Origin: Candidatus Bathyarchaeia archaeon
GTDB taxonomy: Archaea > Thermoproteota > CALKCG01 > B24
NCBI GenBank assembly: GCA_038870975.1
Contig: JAVZJD010000002.1
Coordinates: 96,001 to 160,000, forward strand
Direction: 5' to 3'
DNA: 64,000 bases
Positions within the stretch are counted from its first letter, which is position 1. Each line of letters begins with the position of its first letter. The position numbers were made by a program, and so were the translations under genes. Below are positions 1-9,154 of this stretch, in pieces. Under the pieces are notes generated by a model. That model was not told the origin of the DNA. It did no database searches and was given only the letters and a program-made list of their open reading frames with translations.

Positions 1-83
1 ATGGGTCGTTCGAACTTTTAAAGTTGAAACTCCAAGTATCAGAGAATACTGAACATTTTGAAACATGGAAAAATTAAGGGCTA

Positions 84-845
84 TTATAGCCCCATCTTCC
101 TCAGATTCTCTAAGCATCGTCTTACACATTCTAAGGGCTTATATGCGTAGCTTTCCTGTTCCACTATGTACCACTGTGTTCCGCCGACTTTTTCACATAA
201 TTGGAAGAACTCCCTCCACTTCATATCGCCTTCACCTATTAGAGCTAGTGGATTTCTCGAAGAATACTCTTTAATGTGCACCGTGAGGGCGCGTTTAGGA
301 TAACGTTTAATTATCTCAAGTATGCCATCCGCGCTAACTCCGCCATGCATAGCATTACCAGTGTCCAATTGCATTACAACTTCAGGTACTGTAGAACTGA
401 AGAATATATCCCATGGGATTTCACCATTCATAGGTTCGAACTCGATATGGTGGTTATGGTAGCCTATATACATCCCCTCAGGCTTCAGTTTCCCGGCTAT
501 CTCGTTGAAAAGCTTAGCCGTTTTAAGCCAAGCCTCCTTAGAACTTCTCATGTCGTCAGGTATCCAAGGCACTATGAGGAATCGGTTTCCAAGCGTCTTA
601 TTGAATTCGATAGTCTGCTTCAACTTCTCGCCGAGTAGAGTATCTATACCTATGTGGGTTCCTGCAACCTTCAAACCTAAATCTTTAAGCATATCTCTCA
701 GTTCTCCAGCGCTCCTACCATAGTAGCCCGCAAATTCTACACCTTCATAGCCCATACTCGCTACTTCTTCCAACGTTTTACGTAAATCACGAGCACAATC
801 ATCACGGACAGAATATAATTGTAAAGCTATCGGTATCTTCCCCAT
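84..845 (-). CDS. Sugar phosphate isomerase/epimerase (xylose isomerase-like TIM barrel)
   Basis: LQLYSVR N-terminus, GVEFAG, YHNH, LDTGN, HIKE and final VEQE metal-binding motifs. Confidence 0.9.
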   Translation of the reverse strand: MGKIPIALQLYSVRDDCARDLRKTLEEVASMGYEGVEFAGYYGRSAGELRDMLKDLGLKVAGTHIGIDTLLGEKLKQTIEFNKTLGNRFLIVPWIPDDMRSSKEAWLKTAKLFNEIAGKLKPEGMYIGYHNHHIEFEPMNGEIPWDIFFSSTVPEVVMQLDTGNAMHGGVSADGILEIIKRYPKRALTVHIKEYSSRNPLALIGEGDMKWREFFQLCEKVGGTQWYIVEQESYAYKPLECVRRCLENLRKMGL

Positions 846-970
846 ATGGATACACCACTCCTATATCTCCTCAGTAGCCTTTAAACTTTTCCAAGTAAAC
901 CTATTCAGTATAGTGTGAAAGGTCGAATTCTATAAAAGCATTTAAGCGTGTTAAAACAGATATTCTACGG

Positions 971-3232
971 ATGTTTAACTTGAAGATTCCAAACTTTAAA
1001 TGCGAATTCAAAACAGTAGCCGTTACAGCGGCAATAATACTGCTGATAGCCTTCAGTGTAGTAGGATACTTATACTACAGTGGCTTCTTCGCCTTGGAGA
1101 AAAAGAAGAACATGGTCGGAATAATATCTATAAGCGGTGCCATCCTACTATCTGAGCAAGTGGACACTTACGATAAAATCATAGGCCATGCTCTAAAAAA
1201 CAGCAGTATTAAAGCCGTAGTGTTACGAATAGACTCTCCAGGCGGCTACGCTGACCTAATAGAGGAAATATACTTGGATATTCTGGAGTTGAAGAAGGTT
1301 AAACCCGTAGTAGCCTCGGTGACAATGGCTCTTTCGGGAGGCTACTACATAGCAGTCGCCGCAGACTACATATATGCTGCTCCAACATCCTTCGTCGGAA
1401 ACATAGGGGTTATAGGTGTCATGCCTCCAACGTTAATCCCATCAGAAATCGTCATTGAAACGGGTGTATATAAGGCTACGGGCTTCTCTAAGCTTCTCTT
1501 TCCGTTCAACCTAAGCCATGCGTTAGATAACTTCGCCTCAGCTGTTGAAACAGGTAGAGGAAATAGGCTGAAAATCTCTCCAGTGGAGCTTAGAAGAGGA
1601 ACAATATACTTGGGAAGTGAAGCCGTAAAACTCGGATTAATAGATGAAATAGGCGCCCTTCAAAAAGCCATAAGCAAAGCCGCTGAAGAAGCTGGACTTG
1701 TAGAATATGATGTTATTGATTTAAACGAAGCCTTTAAAGAAGTTGCTTATTCCTGGGGCTCGCTAAGCTCTAATTTAACTTTAAACTGGAGAAACCTAAC
1801 GGTTGAAGTGCTCAACAGTCTTCAACCGCCTCCGTCAATATGGTACTTGTACCTACCATCTGAATCAAGCTTCACCGTACTGTCAAATGTGGAGTCTACA
1901 ACTGTAGGAACTAGTGTTTTTAACGAGCATGGAAAAGGGCTCGTATTAATAGATAAATCGCACGGAAATAAAGTATCAACTTGGGATTTAGACATACTGA
2001 TAGCTGAACTGACAAGTAGAAATATAACTGTACAGTTTTCCTCCAATTGGAGCAATCTAGCATCCATGTTAGGTAATGCATCATGCCTAATCATAGCATC
2101 TCCAACTATAGTATACTCCCCTGAAGAATGCAACATCGTTGAAGATTTCGTAGGTAGAGGTGGTATTCTATTACTCTTCTTCGACCCCGCGTACGAATAC
2201 TTAAGCATGTTTGAACTGTTCGACCCTATAAACTCCATAGCGACTAGATTCGGCTTCTTCTTCGCCAAGGGATACTTGTACAACGAGATTAATTACTACG
2301 GTTTCTACCGCAACATATATGTAAACCGTTTCAAGGATAGTAATGTGACGAGAGACTTAAAATCTCTAGTGTTCTTTACAGCTACACACATATATCCGTC
2401 GAATAGAGGGGTTGCCTGGTCTTCAGAAAACACCTATTCTTCAACGGCAGAGAAGACAGGTGAATACGCGGTTATAGCGATTGTTAAGATGAACGGCACC
2501 GTGTTAGCATTTAGCGATCAAACGTTTCTTACAGAGCCATACTGTTATGTTGAAGATAACTACAAGCTCATCCTAAATATAGTCGACCTTATACTGAAGG
2601 CTGAAGTGAAGCCTACCGTTAAAGAAGTTGTTGAAAAGGCTGTTGAAGAAATAGCTGAGCCCGAGTTGCCAGTTGGAACCGTCAAAGAATTCATAGAGCG
2701 GATTGACGGTGAAGAACATGTAGTTAAATGGGTGAAGTTGAGTGAAGTCGAGGTTTTAGTTGAAAAACCAGGTGAAACAACACACTACTACTATGATGAG
2801 AAAGGGTCGTTAATCAGAGTGGAATCTGATGGAATTGAGATAGTCTATGATACACCTATAGCAGCTCCACCATATCCACTTACCAGAGGAAAAACTTGGA
2901 TTCGTGAAAGTAACTACACTATGTATCTTAACGGTGGTAAAGCATATGGGAAAATTAACGCAAGCTATAAAGTCGAAGATTTCCAATACGTAGAGGCGAA
3001 GAATGGGGAGACGTACTTCTGCGCAAAAATCCATTATACCGTTGTAGATGAGTTTAAAATCGGGGAGAGCTACATATCAATGGTATCCGAGGGATTTTTA
3101 TGGGTTTCACGGGAAGCTGGAGAAGTCAAGGAAGAGTATACAGTCACTTACTTCGTTAATAGTTCCCCTCTAAGCAGAACAAATGTAACACTAATACTTA
3201 AGAGTATTCAGAAAGGCGGTAAAAGTTTCTAG
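971..3232 (+). CDS. Membrane-anchored S49 (SppA-like) peptidase fused to a DUF4350/GATase-like domain and a beta-rich C-terminal domain
   Basis: N-terminal TM helix; IDSPGG, ALSGGYYIA (Ser), GNIGV and GVYK (Lys) S49 motifs; then an LIDKSHGN...GGILLL domain; then a beta-strand-rich tail. Confidence 0.8.
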   Translation: MFNLKIPNFKCEFKTVAVTAAIILLIAFSVVGYLYYSGFFALEKKKNMVGIISISGAILLSEQVDTYDKIIGHALKNSSIKAVVLRIDSPGGYADLIEEIYLDILELKKVKPVVASVTMALSGGYYIAVAADYIYAAPTSFVGNIGVIGVMPPTLIPSEIVIETGVYKATGFSKLLFPFNLSHALDNFASAVETGRGNRLKISPVELRRGTIYLGSEAVKLGLIDEIGALQKAISKAAEEAGLVEYDVIDLNEAFKEVAYSWGSLSSNLTLNWRNLTVEVLNSLQPPPSIWYLYLPSESSFTVLSNVESTTVGTSVFNEHGKGLVLIDKSHGNKVSTWDLDILIAELTSRNITVQFSSNWSNLASMLGNASCLIIASPTIVYSPEECNIVEDFVGRGGILLLFFDPAYEYLSMFELFDPINSIATRFGFFFAKGYLYNEINYYGFYRNIYVNRFKDSNVTRDLKSLVFFTATHIYPSNRGVAWSSENTYSSTAEKTGEYAVIAIVKMNGTVLAFSDQTFLTEPYCYVEDNYKLILNIVDLILKAEVKPTVKEVVEKAVEEIAEPELPVGTVKEFIERIDGEEHVVKWVKLSEVEVLVEKPGETTHYYYDEKGSLIRVESDGIEIVYDTPIAAPPYPLTRGKTWIRESNYTMYLNGGKAYGKINASYKVEDFQYVEAKNGETYFCAKIHYTVVDEFKIGESYISMVSEGFLWVSREAGEVKEEYTVTYFVNSSPLSRTNVTLILKSIQKGGKSF

Positions 3233-3253
3233 TAATCCTGGGGTCTGGCTTCC

Positions 3254-4099
3254 ATGATCGTGGATTTCCACACCCATATTGGAGGTGTTAAATCATACCA
3301 TAGAAACCTGAAGGGTTTGATCTTCATAACGGAGAACGACCTTTTAAGCTATATGGCTGAGTTTAACATACAACGAGCCGTATTACTGCCTGCATTAGGA
3401 TTCGACGTTGAACTGGGCGAGTACATTCAGTCTCCTGAGAATGTGCTTAGAATCTGCAGATTCCATCAAGAGTTAATACCATTCTGCTGTGTAGATTTAG
3501 CGGAGCCTAGGAAGTCAAACGTCATAGAAGAGTATGTTTCTAGAGGGGCTAGAGGATATGGTGAGCATAAGGTAAAACTCCCGATAGATCACAAGTCTTC
3601 CCTGGAGATTTATGAAATCTGTGGAAAACTCAAAATACCAGTTTTAATACATGTTGACGATTCTCACAATTACATGTTCGAAGAGGCATTTCAGAGGATA
3701 GCTTACGAATACAATGAGACGGTTTTCATAATGCACGGACCTGGATGGTGGCGTCATATATCGGCGGAACCGTCGAGAGAAACATATCCAACAGGTCCTG
3801 TGAAACCTGGCGGACTGGTGGATAGAATTCTAAGCGAATTTGAAAACGTATACGCAGATATTTCAGCTACATCTGGATTTAACGCTTTACAGAGGGATAG
3901 AAACTATGCTAGAGAGTTTCTTGAAAAACATAGGTCAAAGGTCATTTTCGGAACGGATTTCCCATGTATCGACCCACATGGGTGGCAATTTGGAGCTGAT
4001 GGGCTTCACCTAAACCTACTTAAATCGCTAGGGTTAAACGATAAGACTTTCGAAGCCATAGTGTTTAAGAATGCTGAAAGACTGTTAAATATACCCTGA
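3254..4099 (+). CDS. Amidohydrolase family protein (Amidohydro_2)
   Basis: DFHTH, GEHK, VLIH, MHG, FGTDFP motifs. Confidence 0.88.
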   Translation: MIVDFHTHIGGVKSYHRNLKGLIFITENDLLSYMAEFNIQRAVLLPALGFDVELGEYIQSPENVLRICRFHQELIPFCCVDLAEPRKSNVIEEYVSRGARGYGEHKVKLPIDHKSSLEIYEICGKLKIPVLIHVDDSHNYMFEEAFQRIAYEYNETVFIMHGPGWWRHISAEPSRETYPTGPVKPGGLVDRILSEFENVYADISATSGFNALQRDRNYAREFLEKHRSKVIFGTDFPCIDPHGWQFGADGLHLNLLKSLGLNDKTFEAIVFKNAERLLNIP

Positions 4100-4148
4100 C
4101 AACGGCTAAGGGTAAATGTTTATATTAATTCTACGTTAAACGATTCTG

Positions 4149-6380
4149 ATGAATTTTAAGATTGAAAAACAAACTGATAGACGGAGTCGAACCACCATTT
4201 TCCCATTTAGTACTCACTTCTACCGTGAACCTTCAAGACCCTTGGATGAGCTTCTACGCGATATGCGTATTATCAAACGCCTAGGGTTTAACACGGTTAA
4301 GCTTCAAGAGTCTTGGTGTATAGATGAGAAGAGAGAAGGTGAAGTAGATTTAAGCAGAGTGGAAGCTTTAATTGAAGAGGCTGAGAAGCTTGGGCTTTAC
4401 ATATACTTCGGCGTAACTATGGAGCAGGCTCCAGCTTGGCTTTGGCGTAAATACTCAGACTGTAGAATGGTATATAGCACTGGGGAGAAGCATGAAGACC
4501 CTACGCAGTACCTACTACCCGGTGACGGCAAACCCGGCTTCTGCTGGGACCACCCTGGCGCTAGAGAATCAGCCTTAAAATTTATAGCTGAAGTAGCCAG
4601 ACGGCTTGGAAAGTATGACAATATACTGGTCTGGAACGTTTGGCAGGAGGTGGGATTCTGGCCTATGCGTAACATACCCGGTAGTCTAGGCTTCTGCTAC
4701 TGTCCGTATACGCTGGCTGAATTTAGGAAGTGGCTTATGGAGAAGTACGGAGATTTAAACGAACTAAATAAAGCTTGGCGTACAGGCTACGGCGAGTGGG
4801 AGGAGGTGGAACCTCCGCGTATATTCGCCGCAGTACCGTCTTGGATAGATTGGAGATACTTCATGGACGACGTTTACTTATCGAAAGTCATAAGGTGGAA
4901 GGCTGAAGCATTTAGAAGAAACGACCCCAAGCATAGACCAGTTATGTGCCACGTAGCTTCTCCAACTATAGGGAGTGGAAGCACTTGGCGCTATGCAGCT
5001 GAGGTTGAAGAGTTTGGGAGCTCGTGTTATCCGGCTTGGTCTCCATTCCACGCTTGGGATTATGGCTGTCCGCAGCGTGGGGAATCCGTACCATATGAGC
5101 TAGCGGTTGTTCAAGAGGTTGAAAACATAGCAATGGTTTACGACTACGTGAGAAGCAGTTTAAAGCCTAGTGGAGTACTATGGGCCGCCGAGTTTCAGGG
5201 AGGGCCAATAGCAACATACTTACACCTCGGTAGAACACCATCGCCAGAGGATATTCGGAGATGGGTTTTAACAGCACTGTCCTCAGGTGTTCAGGCTCTA
5301 TCCTTCTGGAATCATAGGGCTGAAATGTTCTGGCTTGAAGCCTACGGCTTTGGACTGCTAGACTCTCAAGGGGAATCTACACCTAGGGCTGAAGAAGCAG
5401 GTCAACTAGCTAAAGCCTTGAATAAACATCCAGAATTATTCCGTCTGAGCAGGGTGGAGCAATCGCAGGTCGCTATAATTGTAGATGAAGACCTGTGGCA
5501 TTTTACGCAGGCTACTGGAGACGCCTCAATGCATCTCTCATTTACAATACGTGGAATATATAAAATGCTGTGGGAATCAGCTGTATGGGTGGATTTTGTA
5601 GAGGCGAGTTTAGCTTCTTTTGAAGAGCTTGAAAAGTATAAGGCTATAATATTCCCATTTCCATTATCCATGAGCGAAGAAGTCTTCCGAAAACTTGAAA
5701 AATACGTATCCTCAGGCGGTATATTAATCTCAGAACCCTGTCCAGGACGATATGACAGATTTGGGTTCGCAAGAGCGGATGAATTAATCGAAGGTGCTGA
5801 GGAGCTTTTCGGCGTTGAGCATGAGTCGCTTCAACTGTGCCATGAACCCGTTAAACCACCCAGGTGGACACCAGTAGAGAGAAGCTATGGTGAAATAAGG
5901 TCATCTACTAGATTTGAAGGTACTGGACTCTTTAAAGGCTGTAGTGTACTCGCTAATCTTTATGTAGAGACTTTCAAGTGTAAAACGGCTAAGCCTATTC
6001 TGACATGTGATGATAAGATTGCAGGTACTGTTAATTGTTATGGTGATGGTAGGGCTTACTTAATTGGAACATTAATAGGACATGGATATGCAGCATTCAA
6101 AGACCAGTCTACTAGAGACTTCCTAGTCCACCTATTGAAGTTGGAGAATATTCTACCTGAGATGTGCAATGGACTAGCTATACGTAGACGCACTTACAAA
6201 GATGACGAAATACGCTTTCTCATAAATATGACCTCCAAACCTCACATAGGCATTTTGGAAGAAGAGACAGAATTCTCTAAGGTTGAAGATCTACTTGGGG
6301 ATCCTGTGGAAAGAGGGTCTGGAAAGATAAAAGTTGAAGTAAAACCATTCTCTGTAAGGTGTGTAATATTCGAACGTTGA
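4149..6380 (+). CDS. Beta-galactosidase-like glycoside hydrolase, GH42
   Basis: GFNTVKLQESW, WNVWQE acid/base, CYCP Zn site, AEFQGG nucleophile, trimerisation-like domain. Confidence 0.85.
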   Translation: MNFKIEKQTDRRSRTTIFPFSTHFYREPSRPLDELLRDMRIIKRLGFNTVKLQESWCIDEKREGEVDLSRVEALIEEAEKLGLYIYFGVTMEQAPAWLWRKYSDCRMVYSTGEKHEDPTQYLLPGDGKPGFCWDHPGARESALKFIAEVARRLGKYDNILVWNVWQEVGFWPMRNIPGSLGFCYCPYTLAEFRKWLMEKYGDLNELNKAWRTGYGEWEEVEPPRIFAAVPSWIDWRYFMDDVYLSKVIRWKAEAFRRNDPKHRPVMCHVASPTIGSGSTWRYAAEVEEFGSSCYPAWSPFHAWDYGCPQRGESVPYELAVVQEVENIAMVYDYVRSSLKPSGVLWAAEFQGGPIATYLHLGRTPSPEDIRRWVLTALSSGVQALSFWNHRAEMFWLEAYGFGLLDSQGESTPRAEEAGQLAKALNKHPELFRLSRVEQSQVAIIVDEDLWHFTQATGDASMHLSFTIRGIYKMLWESAVWVDFVEASLASFEELEKYKAIIFPFPLSMSEEVFRKLEKYVSSGGILISEPCPGRYDRFGFARADELIEGAEELFGVEHESLQLCHEPVKPPRWTPVERSYGEIRSSTRFEGTGLFKGCSVLANLYVETFKCKTAKPILTCDDKIAGTVNCYGDGRAYLIGTLIGHGYAAFKDQSTRDFLVHLLKLENILPEMCNGLAIRRRTYKDDEIRFLINMTSKPHIGILEEETEFSKVEDLLGDPVERGSGKIKVEVKPFSVRCVIFER

Positions 6381-6471
6381 TACGAAATTACAGCTCTCTA
6401 TTTAAACAATGTTTTAGTGTTATTCCTCCGTGTACTTTTATTTAAATGACTCCTCTAGGACACACCAGCCA

Positions 6472-7101
6472 TTATGCTAAAGCATTTACCTTGCGTTTGC
6501 GTCTTCCTCGTTTACGCTTGGGCAGTCCAAGCCTATTTCTAAGCGAGATCACTGTATTCAGAGGTATTTGGAGTTTATTGGAAATCTCCTTGTATGTGAG
6601 GTTTTCAAAGTATAGTTTTTTGAATTCTTCAACGTCTACGTTCACAGGGTCTGGACGTTTAAGACCTATCTTCCTACAGTGATATTTTACGGATTCAAAC
6701 GATATTTTAAGTTTCTCAGCTATCTCTCTGTATGTAAGACCCTCAAGTCTAAGCTTCTTAATGGTCTCTGGGTCAGCTGAACTAGGTCTGCCTCTACTCT
6801 TCATATTAAGACCGAGTTTTCTAGCCCAGCTTGAAACCGTGTGCCTATGTATGCCTAGCGATTTAGCTATTTCAACTGTTGAATGGTCTACCCACATGGC
6901 TTTTATAAGTGCAATCTGTTCACTGCTGAGCTTCTTATACCTACAGTACTGTGTATGCGGTGGGAGTCCAAGCTGAACCCTCCTACGTCTAACAGTAGAC
7001 TGGTAAACGTTCAGAATTCTAGCAATAGCATGGTCGCTTAAGCCTTCATTGTAAAGTCTTATTAGCTCTTCGTCTGTAAACTTCCTAGGAAACACGTTCA
7101 A
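6472..7101 (-). CDS. Protein with four tandem helix-turn-helix repeats
   Basis: Four repeats resembling LY.EGL(S/T)..EIA..L.(I/V)...TV...(R)..LGL; basic C-terminal tail. Confidence 0.75.
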   Translation of the reverse strand: MNVFPRKFTDEELIRLYNEGLSDHAIARILNVYQSTVRRRRVQLGLPPHTQYCRYKKLSSEQIALIKAMWVDHSTVEIAKSLGIHRHTVSSWARKLGLNMKSRGRPSSADPETIKKLRLEGLTYREIAEKLKISFESVKYHCRKIGLKRPDPVNVDVEEFKKLYFENLTYKEISNKLQIPLNTVISLRNRLGLPKRKRGRRKRKVNALA

Positions 7102-7251
7102 ATTGAAAATACGACTGTAGATTTAAATGTTTCTCATATGAGATGAGTACGTTAAGGATAGGACTCGTACATAGATATTGAAGAAACCGTTGGAGACCCC
7201 TCCTAATGCTAGAGCGACCTAGATTCCTTCATAGGCTGAGAAATAATCCTG

Positions 7252-8406
7252 CTAATTTAACAACCTATTCACTCTATATTTTCTACTCATCTTCAAGAAT
7301 TCCCTAAAGTTTTCTATGCTCATTTCATACGGTATATCTCCTTCAGAGCTCAGTATGAATCCTCCGCCTGGACTACCTGTTCTAAGTCTGTCGAGTATGT
7401 GTTCTTTAAGTTCCTCTAGACTCATAAGCCCTATGTGTTTGCTTAAGCCTCCCTGAAGGCATAGCTTATCTCCATAATTCTCCTTCAACCTCTTCAGATC
7501 CATGTTGTCAGAGGGGCCGATTGGGTTTAAAACATCCAAGTGGGCGTTTACTAGTAGTGGTACTATAGCGTTTATGTTTCCATGGCTGTGCATATTTACG
7601 AAGGCTCCATACTTGTGTGCCAATTCTATGGCTTTCCTATGCCATGGATATATCAGTTCTTCGTAGAGCTTAGGCTGTATGAACATACCTTTATTGTATC
7701 CTAAATCTTCAACCCAGCCTATCATTAAAGCTCCCCGCTCTAAGAGGTTCTTTTCAGCTTTAAGGTTGAATTCCCCTATTTTAGCCAAGAGCCTCCTGTA
7801 GAATTCACGTCTAATGTAGATGTCTTTGAGCGTCACTTCTAAGGGGCCTCTAAGGAAATACCAAACACCTGAGAAGAAGCCGTTTATACTGCACATTGGG
7901 AAGAAGCCTCTATCTACAACGTATCTTATTTTCTTCTCAAGACCCTCATACCTCTCAGAGTCGTCTGGGTCTGGGAGCTCAAGCTCCTCTAGATCATCCT
8001 CACATTCAACGGGATACTTTACATACTCTCTAGCCCAAATCCTCCTAGCAGTACCCATACGCCATAAAGCCCCAGTCTCCCACTCTACAGTATAGGTTTC
8101 ATCACTGGATTCAACAACCCTTTTAACTCTAAAACCTCCACCGCCAACGCCTACGATGAAATTATCCATAAAATCAGCCTCTCTAAGTACTCTATCTAAG
8201 CTTGAGTATTCCACAGCTACTAATCCATAGGCAGTTTTCTCAGCTTCTCCCGCCATTCTAACGCCTTCTTCAATAATTGGTGAGAATTTAGCCCTAGCTA
8301 TTTCATTCGTAAAATCAATGATCTGAGGTGTTACAGGCGGCTCTTCATGCAACACCGTAGCAAGTACGCATTCAAACCTATTGACCAAACTCAAGCCCCC
8401 GTTCAT
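7252..8406 (-). CDS. Uroporphyrinogen decarboxylase / MtaA-CmuA superfamily protein
   Basis: EDLG, HSHGN, LNPI...DLKRLK..YG.KLCLQGGL, GGFILSSE motifs. Confidence 0.85.
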   Translation of the reverse strand: MNGGLSLVNRFECVLATVLHEEPPVTPQIIDFTNEIARAKFSPIIEEGVRMAGEAEKTAYGLVAVEYSSLDRVLREADFMDNFIVGVGGGGFRVKRVVESSDETYTVEWETGALWRMGTARRIWAREYVKYPVECEDDLEELELPDPDDSERYEGLEKKIRYVVDRGFFPMCSINGFFSGVWYFLRGPLEVTLKDIYIRREFYRRLLAKIGEFNLKAEKNLLERGALMIGWVEDLGYNKGMFIQPKLYEELIYPWHRKAIELAHKYGAFVNMHSHGNINAIVPLLVNAHLDVLNPIGPSDNMDLKRLKENYGDKLCLQGGLSKHIGLMSLEELKEHILDRLRTGSPGGGFILSSEGDIPYEMSIENFREFLKMSRKYRVNRLLN

Positions 8407-8453
8407 ATACGTCTATTAAAGCTTGATTAAAAGTTCTACTGGAGATTTTAAAT

Positions 8454-8851
8454 TCACGGTTCTACTCTTCTTATTTCGCTAACTGAATCGAAGCCTCTAT
8501 TGAAACTTACCAAAGTGCTTATCTTATTTTCTAAAGCTACTGACACATGAATAGCATCCCTAGGTCGAAGTTTATACTTCTCCATTATTTCTTGTGCTTT
8601 AAAAATCGTCGTCTTTTTATTCTGAGAAACTTTAAGTTTGGAAAACTGAGAAGTCTCCCTCTAATATTGAAAACTCTACTCAGAAAATTCTTCTAACGAC
8701 CTAGGTAACTTCATCCCATGTAAGTGTGGAAGTATAGGCGTCAATCTTTCCAAATGCTACTTTTAAGAGGAAATCCCTATCTTAGCCTCAGCCACGAAGA
8801 TTCATCGTAAATAACCGGATATAGGAAGATGTTTGAATCAGTGTAGAACAA
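8454..8851 (-). pseudogene. VapC/PIN toxin pseudogene
   Basis: Manual translation: MFYTDSNIFLYP... and ...KYKLRPRDAIHVSVALENKISTLVSFNRGFDSVSEIRRVEP*, interrupted by frameshifts/stops. Confidence 0.8.
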
Positions 8852-9080
8852 ACCGTTCCTCAACCTCTTCTTCGATTAACTTCTTCAGGTCTATTTCCTT
8901 TTTCAATTTCCCGCTAGTAGTCTTCAACAAATTTAGATGGATTTTCCCTGGGTCTAATCAATACACCTTCTCTTATAAACTCCATTACAACTTCACCTCT
9001 TGGCCAATACCTAAGAAGTCTCTAACGACCTTTGGAATTACTACCTGTCCCTTGCTTCCAAGCTTCCGCTTAATCGACAT
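8838..9080 (-). pseudogene. AbrB/MazE antitoxin pseudogene
   Basis: MSIKRKLGSKGQVVIPKVVRDFLGIG, then frameshifted GEVVMEFIREGVLIRP; overlaps the PIN start. Confidence 0.8.
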
Positions 9081-9154
9081 TCTAACCACTAAATATGTTC
9101 AACTTTTAATTTAAACCCTATCCCATAGTTTATGCTATGGACGGAAAAATTGGT

